From assembly GCF_036365525.1 (NCBI RefSeq), contig NW_027140861.1:124001-188000 (forward strand): DNA of 64,000 nt. Reading direction: 5' to 3'. Both the position numbers and the translations under genes were made by a program. Every line of letters starts with the position of its first letter. Within the stretch, counting starts at the first letter, position 1. This DNA comes from Heterodontus francisci. Its lineage: Eukaryota. Shown here piece after piece: positions 52,487 to 64,000 of this stretch. The notes below the pieces were generated by a model. The model saw only the letters and a program-made list of their open reading frames with translations, searched no databases and was not told the DNA's origin.

Positions 52487-52762
52487 CCCAGTCTAGGATC
52501 TCCATTCCTTCTTTTTCGCTTTGCTCATACTGACAGGAATAGTTGGCACCATTCTCAGGTGCGATCTGAACCCATCTCCTGAGCTGGTAGGTGCCATCAT
52601 GGTTGGGTAGGATGCCAGTGGAACATGTGTCTGCAATCGGTGCGCCATTTCTCAAGAGGGTGACTTCGATATCGCGAGGGTAAAATCCTGTGACGAGGCA
52701 GCAGAGTTGTGTCGGTTTAGCAGCTGATGCCTTGTCCGCGGAAAGAAACACTTGAGGAGCAA
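52487..52762 (-). CDS. UAA: MHC class I heavy chain, alpha3 (Ig C1) exon (exon 4)
   Basis: 276-nt phase1/1 exon, acceptor actctcag|TT, donor G|gtaaga. VAPQVFLS...LCCLVTGFYPRDIEVT...LPNHDGTYQL...YSCQYEQ...LDW. Confidence 0.96.
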
Positions 52763-52819
52763 CTGAGAGTAAAACAGATCAGAGGCAGGTCAGTGTGAGA
52801 GACAGGGAATGGCAAATAT

Positions 52820-53310
52820 CCCTTTAAATTGGGGATTAGACCCCTGACCCCAGGGAAAGGTACATACCCCTTTAAACTGGGGTTTAGACACCCTGACTCC
52901 AGGTAACAGTACGTACCCCTTTAAACTGGGGTTTAGACCACCGACTCTCAGTCACCTCTTCTGACTCACCGACTCTCAGTCCCCCCTTTACTCACCAACA
53001 CTCAGTCCCTTCCCCCTCAATCACCGACTCTCAGTCCCCCCTCACTCACCAACTCTCAGTCCCCCCTCACTCAGAGTCTCAGACCCCCTCACTCAGAGTC
53101 TCAGTCCCCCCTCACTCAGAGTCTCAGTCCCCCCCTCACTCGCTGAGTCTCAGTCCCACCTTACTCGCTGACTTTCAGTCCCCCCTCACTCGCTGACTCT
53201 CAGTCCCCCCCCCTCACTAACTGACTCTCAGACCCCCCTCACTCACTGACTCTCAGTCCCACCTCATTCACTGACTCTCCCCCCTCCCCCCACCCCCACC
53301 CACTCACTCA
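52820..53310 (+). repeat. Minisatellites filling class I intron 3 (~52-bp x2.5 and ~25-bp C-rich units)
   Basis: CCCTTTAAACTGGGGTTTAGAC repeats, then CTCACTCACCGACTCTCAGTCCCCC units. Confidence 0.9.
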
Positions 53311-53311
53311 C

Positions 53312-53584
53312 CGTGTCTCAGTTCCTTTTCTCCAAGTTTCAGGTACTTCTTCAGCCATTCGATGCAGGTCCCCTCCAGGTAACCCTTCCTCTGCTGGTTC
53401 CTGGCCTTGTCCTGGTCCCACTTGTTCTTGGTAATCAGTCCCCAGCTTACCGGTGTTACCCACACCATGTTATCCTTATCAAAGCTGATGTAATCCCGCC
53501 CGTCCCAGCCTTCCTGATGGAACCCGCTGGTGCTCCCGTCATCCTGCAGCTCACAGCCATACATCACCTGTACTGTGTGGATCC
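53312..53584 (-). CDS. UAA: MHC class I heavy chain, alpha2 domain exon (exon 3)
   Basis: 273-nt phase1/1 exon, acceptor ttgacag|GG, donor G|gtgagt. GIHTVQVMYGCELQDDG...WDGRDYISFD...TKNKWD...YLEGTCIEWLKKYL, with C101/C164, T143, K146, W147, Y159, Y171. Confidence 0.97.
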
Positions 53585-54209
53585 CTGTCAATCAAACACA
53601 CACAGCCAATCAGAGCCAAATAACAGAGAGCCAACAGTTCTGACTGCCTTCCACAACTGTCAGTGAAACACACACAGCCAAACAGATCCAGGAGCAGAGT
53701 GAAGGGGAGGTGGGGGAAAGCCGGGAATGATTGGGAGTTGGTAAAGAGCTGGTCCTGTCTTTCAGCCCCACAACAAAGTGCATCACTCCACCCAATTCCC
53801 GGCTTCTGTTTACTATATAGTGGAGAGACCATTACGGTTGGAGCGTATGAAACAAAAATTGTGTTTGGAAAATATGTTTGAGATTTTTGAAGAAGTAACT
53901 GATAAGATGAATAAGGAGTACCAATGGATGTAGTGTATTTGAATTTTCAAAAAGCATTCAATGAGGTGCCATCCAAGAGCTTTTTTCCACTAAATTAGGA
54001 CTCAAGGCTTTGAGGATTAGTTAAAGGACAGAAAACAGAGAGTAGGAATAAACGGGTCATCTCCGGGATGGCAGGCTGTAATGAGTTGGGTACCACAGGG
54101 ATCAGTACTTGGGTCTCAGCTATTTAGGCCCAAGACACAAAAAGTTCCACAGAGGGATAGGGCAGGTTGAGTGAGTAGGCAAGAACATGTCAGATGAAAT
54201 ACAATGTGG

Positions 54210-55620
54210 TAGGGTGGCCATTTGGTCTGCATCCATTACTTTGGAAATGTCCAGCCTCTCGTCTTCATTGGCTAATATCAGTGTCATTTAAAATCAGAAT
54301 TCTATTGGTCCTGTGAGTACCCGCAAAGATCCTATTGGACCTAACCATGTGCCTGTCTTTTAGACGCCCGAACGCTATATCTGTTGCTTGTACTGTGATG
54401 AAAGTGGAGCCATTGTCTTCTTCATCAAAATGCTCAAGCAAAAGACATTGTTCAATGCAGTATGGTCAAAAGAAAGTGATTTCATAGCAAAAAAAAAATC
54501 AGGAAGGGAGAGGATCAAACACTCTGCATTTTGTACCAAGGTGATACCAATGTCAGCCACCAAGGAAAGGGAGATGTGGATCAACACATTTTGTTGGAAA
54601 AACACAAAGTGAGCACCCAATTTGCAAGTACATCATCATTGAGGTCTTTTTTTCAAATCATCTGCATCACCTCAAAACAATAAAGTAACTGCTGCTGAAC
54701 TACAAATGTCTGCCACGCGGTGAAGAATCACCAGTCTTATAGAAATATCGACTGCAGTACAAGGTGACAAAGAAATCTCCTTCATACCAAGAGACCTGAC
54801 ATGTGGGGAAACAAAGGCAAAAACACTGAGCGAGAAGCTTCATGCAGAAGTACTTGGATTGCATTAAAGCAGATGATCTTTTTATTTTCTTTGGCAATTG
54901 ATGCGTCAAACAAGGGTGAAACAAAATGTTTCCCCTTCGGTTTGGGATATTTTAATTTTGAGAAGGGGATCCCGCATTTACTGTTGGATTTTTATACTGA
55001 TAGCCAGGAAACCTGGGAAGCAATCGCAACAGAAAAATGATCCAAACTCAGTGCCTTTGATCTCATCCCATGAAGACTTTCCGTGTATTTGGCTGACAAC
55101 ACTAGTGTTAATTCTGAAAAGCACAACAGTATTTACCAAGAAGTAAAAGGCTCTCAAACGGACATAGTTGCAGCCAACTGTTTGGCTCATATTTTGCATA
55201 ATACAACAAGGTACATCATCTGAAACCTCGCTGTTGATACAAAAAACCATCATTCTCAAGGTATACGGTCACTTCCACACTTCTGCAATCAGAACAGAGC
55301 ATTTAAGGGAGTTTTGTGACTTTGTTGGCATGGAGGAGCGCAATCTGTTGAAGCACGTTGTGATCAGGTGGCTTTTTCTACTGCTGGCTATTGACAGATT
55401 GTGGAAATGCTGGAAAACTCGAACAAGATCATTTCAGAGTTTAGGTGAGCAAGAATGCCCCAAAATACGATGGAAATGCTTCAGGGATGAGGAGGTTGCT
55501 AATGACGTGGCTGAGCTTTACTTTCTCTTTCTCAGCATTGCTCAAACTATTCACTTTATCAAAGCTTTAGAGGCCAAGTCGTTCAGCATCCTCTTGGTGT
55601 ATGAGCTGATTTAATTAAAT
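54210..55620 (+). mobile_element. hAT-superfamily DNA transposon remnant
   Basis: TAGGGTGGCCA terminus; fragmented transposase FSLAIDASNKG and LLKHVVIRWLFLLLAIDRL. Confidence 0.7.
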
Positions 55621-55639
55621 TAAATCAATCAGATTAGAG

Positions 55640-57775
55640 AACATAGGAAATTGGAGCAAGAGTAGGCCATTCAGCCCCTTGAGCCTACTCCACCATTTAA
55701 CTAGATCATGGCTGATTTTCTACCCTAAGGGCATCCTCCTGCACTATCCCCATATTCATTGATATCTTCAATATCTAGAGAACTATCAATCTCTCTCTTG
55801 AACACACTCAATGACTGAGCCTCCACAGCCCGCTGGGGTAGAGAATTCCTAAGATTTACTACCCTCTGAGTGAAGAAATTCATCCTCTCTCAGTCCTAAA
55901 TGGCCTAATCCTTAATCTGAGACTGTGGCCGCTGGTTCGAGACTCCCCAGCCGGGGGAAACCTCCATCCTGCATCAACCTTGTCGAGACTTCGAAGAATT
56001 TTGTATGCTTCAATGAGATCATTCTTCCAAACTCTGGAGCATACAGGCCCAGTCTCCTCAATCTCTCCTCATAGGACAATCTCACCATCCCAGGAATCAG
56101 TTTGGTGAACCTTCATTGCACTCCCTCTATGGCAAGTATATCCTTCCGGAGGCAAGGAGACCAAAACTATACTCGACACTCCAGGTACGGTCTCACCAAG
56201 GCTCTATAAAATTGCAGCAAGACATCTTCACTCCTGTACTCAAATCCTCTTGCAATATAGGCCAACATACCATTTGCCTTCCTAATTGCTTGCTGTACCT
56301 AGAGTCATAGAGTTATACGGCACCGAAATAGGCCCTTTGGCCCATCGTGTTCATACTGGCCATCAAGCACCTAACTATTCTAATCCCATTTTCCAGCACT
56401 TGGCCCATCGCCTTGTGTACTGTGGCGTTTTTTTTTTAAACACCTGCATGTTACTTTTTAGTGACTGATGAACAAGGAGACCCAGGTCCCTTTGGACATC
56501 AACACTTCCCATTCTCTCACCATTTAAGAAATACTCTGCATTTCTGTTTTTCCTACCAAAGTGGATCCACATTATATTCCACCTGTCATGTTCTTGTCCA
56601 TTCACTTAGCCTATCTAAATCCCCTTGAAGCCTCTTTGTATGCTCCTCACAACTCACATTGCCTCCTAGTTTTGTGTCATCAGCATAATTGGAAATATTA
56701 CATTTGGTCCCTATATCCAAATCATTGATATAGATTGTGAATAGCTGGGATCCAAGCACTGATTCCTGCCATACACCACTAGTCACAGCCTGCCAACCTG
56801 AAAATGGCCCATTTATTCCTACTCCATGTTTTCTGGTCATTAACCAATTCTCAGTCCATGCCAGTATATTACCCCCAATCCCATGTGCTCTAATTTTGCT
56901 TACTTACTCTTGTGTGGGACCTTATCGAATGCCTTCTGACAATCCAAATACACCACATCCTCCGGTTCCGCCTCATCTATCCTGCTAATTACATCCTCAA
57001 AATATTCCAACAGGTTTGTCAAACATAATTTTCCTTTCATAAATCCATGGTGACTCTGCCCAATCCTACCATTATTTTCTAAGTGACCAGTTATCACATC
57101 CTTTATAATAGATTCTAGCATTTCCCCTACTAATGTCGGGCTAACATGTCTGTAGTTACCTATTTTCTCTCTCCCTCCTTTCTTAAATAGTGAGGTTACT
57201 TTTTCTACCTTCGATATGATAACTACAATTACACAGGGTATAGTTGAGGTCACACCTGGAATATTGTGTGCAGTTTAAGGAAAGAACGTACTTGCCCGAG
57301 ATGGAGTATAACAAAGGTTCTCTAGACTGATTCCAGTTAATTGGCCTATAAGAAGAAATTGAGTATGGTAGACCTATATTCCCTGGAATTTAGAAGAATG
57401 GGAAGTGATCTAATTGGAATATACAAGATTCTGAAGGGGCTTGACAGAGTAGACACTGAGAGGTTGATTCCCCTGTTCGGGGAATCTAGAATACGGGGTC
57501 ACAGTCTCAGAATAAGGAGTTGGTCATTGTAGATTGAGTTGATAAAAAAATGTCTTCATGCAGAAGGTTGTGAATCTTTGGAATTCTCCACCCTAAAGAA
57601 CTGTGGATGCTCACTCATTGAGTAGATTCAAGACAAAGGTTGATAGATTTTTGGGTGCAAAGGGAATGAAGGGAGGGGAGGACGGTGCAGGAAGGTGGAA
57701 TTGAGATAGAAGATCAGCCATGATCTTTTAAATGTTGGAAAAGGCTCAATAGTCTATTCCTGCTCCTATTTCTTA
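55640..57775. mobile_element. CR1 fragments (minus 55640-57215, plus 57250-57775)
   Basis: ISNYADDTKLGG, HGFMKGKLCLTNLLE, SLEFRRMGSDL. Confidence 0.88.
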
Positions 57776-57843
57776 AGTTCTTTTGAGACACAGCAGGGGT
57801 AGGGGAACAGAGAGAGATGAGTTGGGGGAGTAGAGAGACACAG

Positions 57844-58651
57844 GGGGCTGAAATTTATAGTCCTGTCACCATAATCGGCGGTGGGCGAAAGCAGGGCGGG
57901 CTGCACATTGCACAGCCCCCGCGATATTAAGTGCGGCGGCTCATTTAAATAGCCGATTCGGACCGCCCACCACGATGACATGGAGAGGGCGGCTGTCCGT
58001 CCCCGGCAACAGCGTCAGCTACCTTTGTGCAGGCGCTGAGGCCATTTTTAAAGGGCTTCCAACCCTAGATTTCAATTTAAATATTTAAAGAGCGATTGAT
58101 TTTTAAAAATTAAATAAATTGATCTTGCCCCTCTCCCACCAACCCCCCCCAATAACCATCGATTAAATTACCAGCCCTCTCCCCCTACAAAACAGTTACC
58201 TTGCGCACCTGACCTTCCCCCCACAATGTGCATCAACTTTACACTTCACCCCTTCCCCCCCATCCCCTGCACCAATGAGATAACTGTGACCCAACTCCCT
58301 CCTCTCCACACAGAGAAACACACCTGCTCCGCCCTCTCCACCAGTGTTCCGCCTTTAATCCCTGGACGGGGATCCGAAGGTGTGGGATTGCCGGCCACTG
58401 ACACAAATACCACACCAGGACAGACGGCGGGAGTGTAAAGGGAATTTCTTTGTTTATTTAAATTAATTTATGTATTTAAATTGGGCTCCCGACGCCAAGC
58501 GGTGGGAGTGCCGCCATGAGGCCTCGTCACCGCCGGCAATATCGGGCCGGGCCTTCCCGGCATCATGGTCTGTGGTGAGCCTGTCCCTCAGGCATTTTCC
58601 GGACTCCCCACATCACGACCCCTGATGTCAGGGGGTCTGTAAAATTCTCCC
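57844..58651. mobile_element. GC-rich MITE (PIF/Harbinger-like)
   Basis: TIRs GGGGCTGAAATTTATAG / CTGTAAAATTCTCCC; 3-bp TSD CAG (57841-57843, 58652-58654). Confidence 0.7.
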
Positions 58652-58654
58652 CAG

Positions 58655-60595
58655 GGGAACAGAAAGACATGAGGAGTGAAGAGAGAGAGAGAGAGAGAAA
58701 AACAGGGTGTGGGAAGAAGAGAAAAACTAGGGAGGGTGGGGGAACAGTTAGAAATGGGACGGGAAATAGATATGGAGGGGAATAGTGAGACACAGGAGCG
58801 GAATAGATCGAGAGACACAGGAGGGGAAAAGATAGAGAGACACAGGAGGGGAATAGATAGAGAGACACAGGAGGGGAAAAGAGAGACACAGGAGGGGAAA
58901 AGAGAGACAGGGGGAGGGTTCAGAGAGAGATGGTGGGGGGGGGGTGGCGTGCGTGGTGGGATAGTGACACGGGAGTTGAGAAAAACCAGGGGAGTTGGGG
59001 GAATAGAAACATACATAGAAACATAGAAAATTGGAGCAGGAGTAGGACATTCGGCCCTTCGAGCCTGCTCCACCATTCATTATGATCATCGCTGATCGCA
59101 GTGGTTAGCACCGCAGCCTCACAGCTCCAGCGACCTGGGTTCAATTCTGGGTACTGCCTGTGTGAAGTTTGCAAGTTCTCCCTGTGTCTGCGTGGGTTTT
59201 CTCCGGGTGCTCCGGTTTCCTCCCACAGCCAATAGACTTGCAGGTTGATAGGTAAATTGGCCATTATAAATTGCCCCTAGTATTGGTAGGTGGTAGGGAA
59301 ATATCGAGACAGGTGGGGGATGTAGTAGAAATATGTATAGGATTAGTATAAATGGGTGGTTAATGGTCGGCACAGACTCGGTGGGCCGAAGGGCCTGTTT
59401 CAGTGCTGTATATCTAAATCTAAATCTAAATCCAACTCAGTAACCTGGTCCCGCTTTCGCCCCATACCCTTTGATCCCTTTAGACCCAAGAGCTACATCT
59501 AACTCCTTCTTGAAAACATACAATGTTTTGGCCTCAACTGCTTTCTGTGGTAGTGAATTCCACAGGCTCACCATTCTCTGGGTAAAGAAAGTTCTCCACA
59601 TCTCAGTCCTGAAAGGTTCAAGCCCTGGTAGAATTTTATAGGTTTCTATGAGATTCTCCCTCACTCTTCTGAACTCCAGCGAATATAATCCTTAGCGAAT
59701 TAATCTTTCCTCATACCTCAGTCCCGCCATCCCAGGAATCAGTCTGTTAAACCTTCGCTGCACTCCCTCTATAGCAAGAACATCCTTCCTCAGATAAGGA
59801 GACCAAAACTGCTCACAATATTTCAGGTGTGGCCTCACCAAGGCCCTGTATAATTGCAACAAGACATCCCTGCTTCTGTACTCGAATCCTCTCACTATGA
59901 AGGCATGGAGTGTCAAATAGATATGTGGGGGGAATAGAGAGATACGGGAGGGAGGAATAGAGAGACATGGGGGTAGAATAAAGACAGATGGAGGAATAGA
60001 GAGACATGGGAGGGGATATAGAGAGTTACTGGGGTGAAAATAGAGCAGCAAAGGGGTGAAATACAGAGACACGGGGGGCATAGAGAGAGAGAGAGACGGA
60101 TGGGTGTACAGAGAAACATTGTGGGGGAGGCAGTTGAGAGACTGGGGTCTAATAGAAAGACACCATAGTGGAACAGAGAGACTTGGAGGGAATAGAGAGA
60201 CATGATGGGGTTTGGGGGGGCGGGCGGGGGGGGCGGGGGGGGGAGGGGTTGGGGGTTGGGAATAGAGAGACACTGGGGTGGAGTAGAGAGGCACAGAGTG
60301 GTGTAGAGAGAGATGTGGGGGAGGAGGCAATTGAGAGATGGGGGTCCAATAGGGAGACACCTTGGTGGAAAAGAGAGACTTGGAGGGGAATAGAGAGAGA
60401 TGGGGGAATAGAGAGACACGGAGAGAGGAATAGAGAGACAGGGTGGTGGAATAGACAAATATGGGAGGGGGAAATAGACACAACGGTGGGGAATAGAGAG
60501 ACACGGTGAGGCTTGAATTTAGGAATATGAGACGGTAAATAGACATGAGGAAAATGTAGAGAGAAACAGTGGTGCGGGAATAGAGAGCATTGTGG
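58655..60595 (+). repeat. Degenerate purine-rich minisatellite (GGGGAATAGAGAGACAC) at the start of class I intron 2, split by CR1 and SINE (59005-59910)
   Basis: Same motif at 57790-57843, 58655-59005 and 59915-60595. Confidence 0.85.
59097..59431 (+). mobile_element. HE1-like V-SINE nested in CR1
   Basis: tRNA-like head, V-domain and (TCTAAA)n tail; near-identical to the 48062-48399 copy. Confidence 0.9.
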
Positions 60596-60611
60596 GAGGG
60601 CAAGGTCTCAC

Positions 60612-60872
60612 CACCCGTCTGGTTGGTCCGGTTTAAGGCGGTCTGAATATTGGTCTGTCCAATGTGCTCTGAGCTCCGCAGGATCTGTGTCTGCTGTTCC
60701 CAGTACTCAGGGCCCTGACTCTCCGCCATCCACTGTTGCCGAGAGATTACTTCCTGAAGATTGCTGTCGTAGTAATCAATCGTAGCATCGTCCACATAAC
60801 CGACGGCCACAAACTCTGGCAGACCAGGAATCGGGGTCATTGCCGTGTAGAAATACCGGAGAGAGTGAGATC
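60612..60872 (-). CDS. UAA: MHC class I heavy chain, alpha1 domain exon (exon 2)
   Basis: 261-nt phase1/phase1 exon, acceptor tgtttcag|GA, donor G|gtgaga. Encodes GSHSLRYFYTAMTPIPGLPEFVAVGYVDD...EYWEQQTQ...NRTNQTG with Y7, Y59, R84 and the N86 sequon. The UAA label is inferred from the conserved residues. Confidence 0.97.
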
Positions 60873-60879
60873 CTGAAAC

Positions 60880-63800
60880 ACAGAAAGACATCAGGCATGA
60901 ACCCCAAAACACCAACCCAACAGAGAGAAAGAGAGAGAGACATCAGGGCATGAACCCCAAAACATCAACACCACAGAGAGAGAGAGAGAGACATCAGAGC
61001 ATGAACCCCAAAACACAAACCCAACAGAGAGAGAGAGAGAGAGACATCAGGGCATCAACCCCAAATCACCAACCCCACAGAGCGAGAGAGAGAGAGAGAG
61101 AGACATCAGGGCATGAACACGAAAACATCAACACCACAGAGAGAGAGAGAGAGAGAGAGAGACATCAGGTCATCAACCCCAAATCATCAACCCCACAGAG
61201 AGAGAGAGAGAGAGACATCAGGGCATGAACCCCAAAACACAAACCCCACAGAGCGAGTGAGACATCAGAGCATGAACCCCAAAACACAAACCCAACAGAG
61301 AGAGAGAGAGAGAGACATCAGAGCATGAACACTAAAACATCAACACCACAGAGAGAGAGAGAGAGAGAGACATCAGGGCATCAACCCCAAATCACCAACC
61401 CCACAGAGAAAGAGAGACATCAGGGCATGAACCCCAAAACATCAACCTCACAGAGAGAGAGAGAGACATCAGGGCATGAACGCTAAAACACCAACCGCAC
61501 AGAGAGAGACATCAGGGCATGAACCCCAAAACACCAACCCCACAAAGAGAGAGAGAGAAAGACATCAGGGCATGAACCCCAAAATACCAACCCCACAGAG
61601 AAAGAGAGACATCAGGGCATGAACCCCAAATCACCAACCCCACAGAGAAAGAGAGACATCAGGGCATGAACCCCAAAACATCAACCCCAGAGAGAGAGAG
61701 AGAGAGAGAGAGACATCAGGGCATGAACCACAAATCACCAACCCCAGAGAGAGAGACATCAGGGCATGAACCCCAAAACATCAACCCCACACAGAGAGAG
61801 ACATCAGGGCATGAACCCCAAAACATCAACCCCACAGAGATAGAAAGACATCAGGGCATCAACGCTAAAACACCAACTGCACAGAGAGAGAGCTCAGGGC
61901 ATGAACCCCAAATCAACAGCCCCACAGAGAGAGAGACATCAGGGCATGAACCCCAAAACATCAACCCCACACAGAGAGAGACATCAGGGCATGAACCCCA
62001 AAACATCAACCCCACAGAGAGAGAAAGAAATCAGGGCATGAACCCCAAATCAACAACCCCACACAGAGAGAGACATCAGGGCATGAACCCCAAAACATCA
62101 ACCCCACAGAGAGAGAAAGAAATCAGGGCATGAACCCCAAATCAACAACCCCACACAGAGAGAGACATCAGGGCATGAACCCCAAAACATCAACCTCACA
62201 GAGAGAGAGAGAGACATCAGGGCATGAACCCTAAAACATCAACCTCACAGAGAGAGAGAGACATCTGGGCATGAACCCCAAATCAACAACCCCACAGAGA
62301 GAGAGACATCAGGGCATGAACCCCAAAACATCAACCCCACAGAGAAAGAAAGAAATCAGGGCATGAACCCCAAAACATCAACCTCACAGAGAGAGAGAGA
62401 CATCTGGGCATGAACCCCAAATCAACAACCCCACAGAGAGAGAGACATCAGGGCATGAACCCCAAAACATCAACCTCACAGAGAGAGAGAGAGACATCTG
62501 GGCATGAACCCCAAATCAACAACCCCACAGAGAGAGAGACATCAGGGCATGAACCCCAAAACATCAACCCCACAGAGAGAGAAAGACATCAGGGCATGAA
62601 CCCCAAAACATTAACCCCACAGAGAGAGAAAGACATCAGGGCATGAACGCTAAAACACCAACCGCACAGAGAGACACATCAGGGCATGAACCCCAAAACA
62701 CCAACCCCACAAAGAGAGAGAGAGAAAGACATCAGGGCATGAACCCCGAAATACCAACCCCACAGAGAAAGAGAGACATCAGGGCATGAACCCCAAATCA
62801 CCAACCCCACAGAGAAAGAGAGACATCAGGGCATGAACCCCAAAACATCAACCCCACAGAGAGAGAGACATCAGGGCATGAACCCCAAAACATCAACCCC
62901 ACAGAGATAGAGACATCAGGGCATGAACCCCAAAACATCAACCCCACAGAGAGAGAGAGAGACATCAGGGCATGAACCCCAAAACAACAACCCCACAGAG
63001 AGAGAGAGAGAGAGAGATCAGGGCATGAACCCCAAAACATCAACCCCACAGAGAGAGAAAGACATCAGGGCATGAACGCTAAAACACCAACCGCACAGGG
63101 AGACACATCAGGGCATGAACCCCAAATCACCAAACCCATGAGAGAGAGAGACATCAGGGCATGAACCCCAAAACACCAACCCCACAAAGAGAGAGAGAGA
63201 AAGACATCAGGGCATGAACCCCAAAATACCAACCCCACAGAGAAAGAGAGACATCAGGGCATGAACCCCAAATCACCAACCCCACAGAGAAAGAGAGACA
63301 TCAGGGCATGAACCCCAAAACACCAACCCCACAGAGAGAGAAAGAGACATCAGGGCATGAACCCCAAAACATCAACCCCACAGCGAGAGACAGACATCAG
63401 GGCATGAACCCCAAAACATCAACCCCACAGAGAGAGAGAGAGAGACATCAGGGCATGAACCCCAAAACATCAACCCCACAGAGAGAGAGAGAGAGACATC
63501 AGGGCATGAACCACAAAACATCAACCCCACAGAGTGAGAGAGAGACATCAGGGCATGAACCCCAAAACATCAACCCCACAGAGAGAGAGAGAGAGACATC
63601 AGGGCATGAACCCTAAAACACCAACCCCAGAGAGAGAAAGAGAGACATCAGGGCATGAACCCCAAAACACCAACCCCACAGAGAGAGATAGACATCAGGG
63701 CATGAACCCCAAAACACCAACCCCACAGAGAGAGAGAGAGAGACATCAGGGCATGAACCCCAAAACATCAACCCCACAGAGAGAGAGAGAGACATCAGGG

Positions 63801-64000
63801 CATGAACCCCAAAACATCAACCCCACAGAGAGAGAGAGAGAGACATCAGGGCATGAACCCCAAAACATCAACCCCAGAGAGAGAAAGAGAGAGAGATCAG
63901 GGCATGAACCCCAAAACACCAACCCCACAGAGAGAGATAGACATCTGGGCATGAACCCCAAAACACCAACCCCACAGAGAGAGACATCAGGGCATGAACC
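60880..64000 (+). repeat. ~45-bp satellite filling class I intron 1
   Basis: Unit (GA)n CATCAGGGCATGAACCCCAAAACATCAACCCCACA; runs off the window. Confidence 0.98.

Noticed and set aside
59692-60915. 407-aa ORF fusing MHC alpha1 to a Pro-rich region and RT
   Set aside because: This is read-through of the exon-2 donor into a minisatellite and a CR1 fragment; only 60872-60612 is exon.
60950-63961. Repetitive ORFs (MNPKTSTPQRERE...) and a possible leader exon
   Set aside because: These are satellite translations; no signal-peptide exon with a donor is visible in the window.

Overview
Eukaryotic genomic DNA, repeat-dense. The HE1-like V-SINEs, CR1 LINEs and the class I sequence itself point to a cartilaginous fish (shark/ray). 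The main gene is a minus-strand MHC class I heavy chain. Its alpha1, alpha2, alpha3, TM and two cytoplasmic exons can be traced with GT-AG phase-1 boundaries, plus a probable 3'UTR exon and polyA signal; the leader exon lies beyond the right edge. All eight peptide-terminus-binding residues of classical (UAA-type) class I are present. The rest of the window holds a ~15 kb 54-bp satellite with higher-order structure, several minisatellites, a decayed Copia-type LTR element (two LTRs, iMet PBS, PPT) with nested LINEs, an ERV/Gypsy-like integrase plus env-like remnant, many CR1/L2/Tx1 fragments, a hAT remnant, two MITEs and a 206-N gap. Most notable beyond standard annotation: (1) a family of ~95-140-nt, TSD-flanked mobile units carrying a minimal hammerhead-ribozyme motif with stem covariation; (2) candidate exons of an unidentified second minus-strand gene or pseudogene downstream of the class I gene; (3) satellites built from splice-site-like and TF-site-like motifs. 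The very long ORFs at 1.6-16.8 kb are satellite artefacts.
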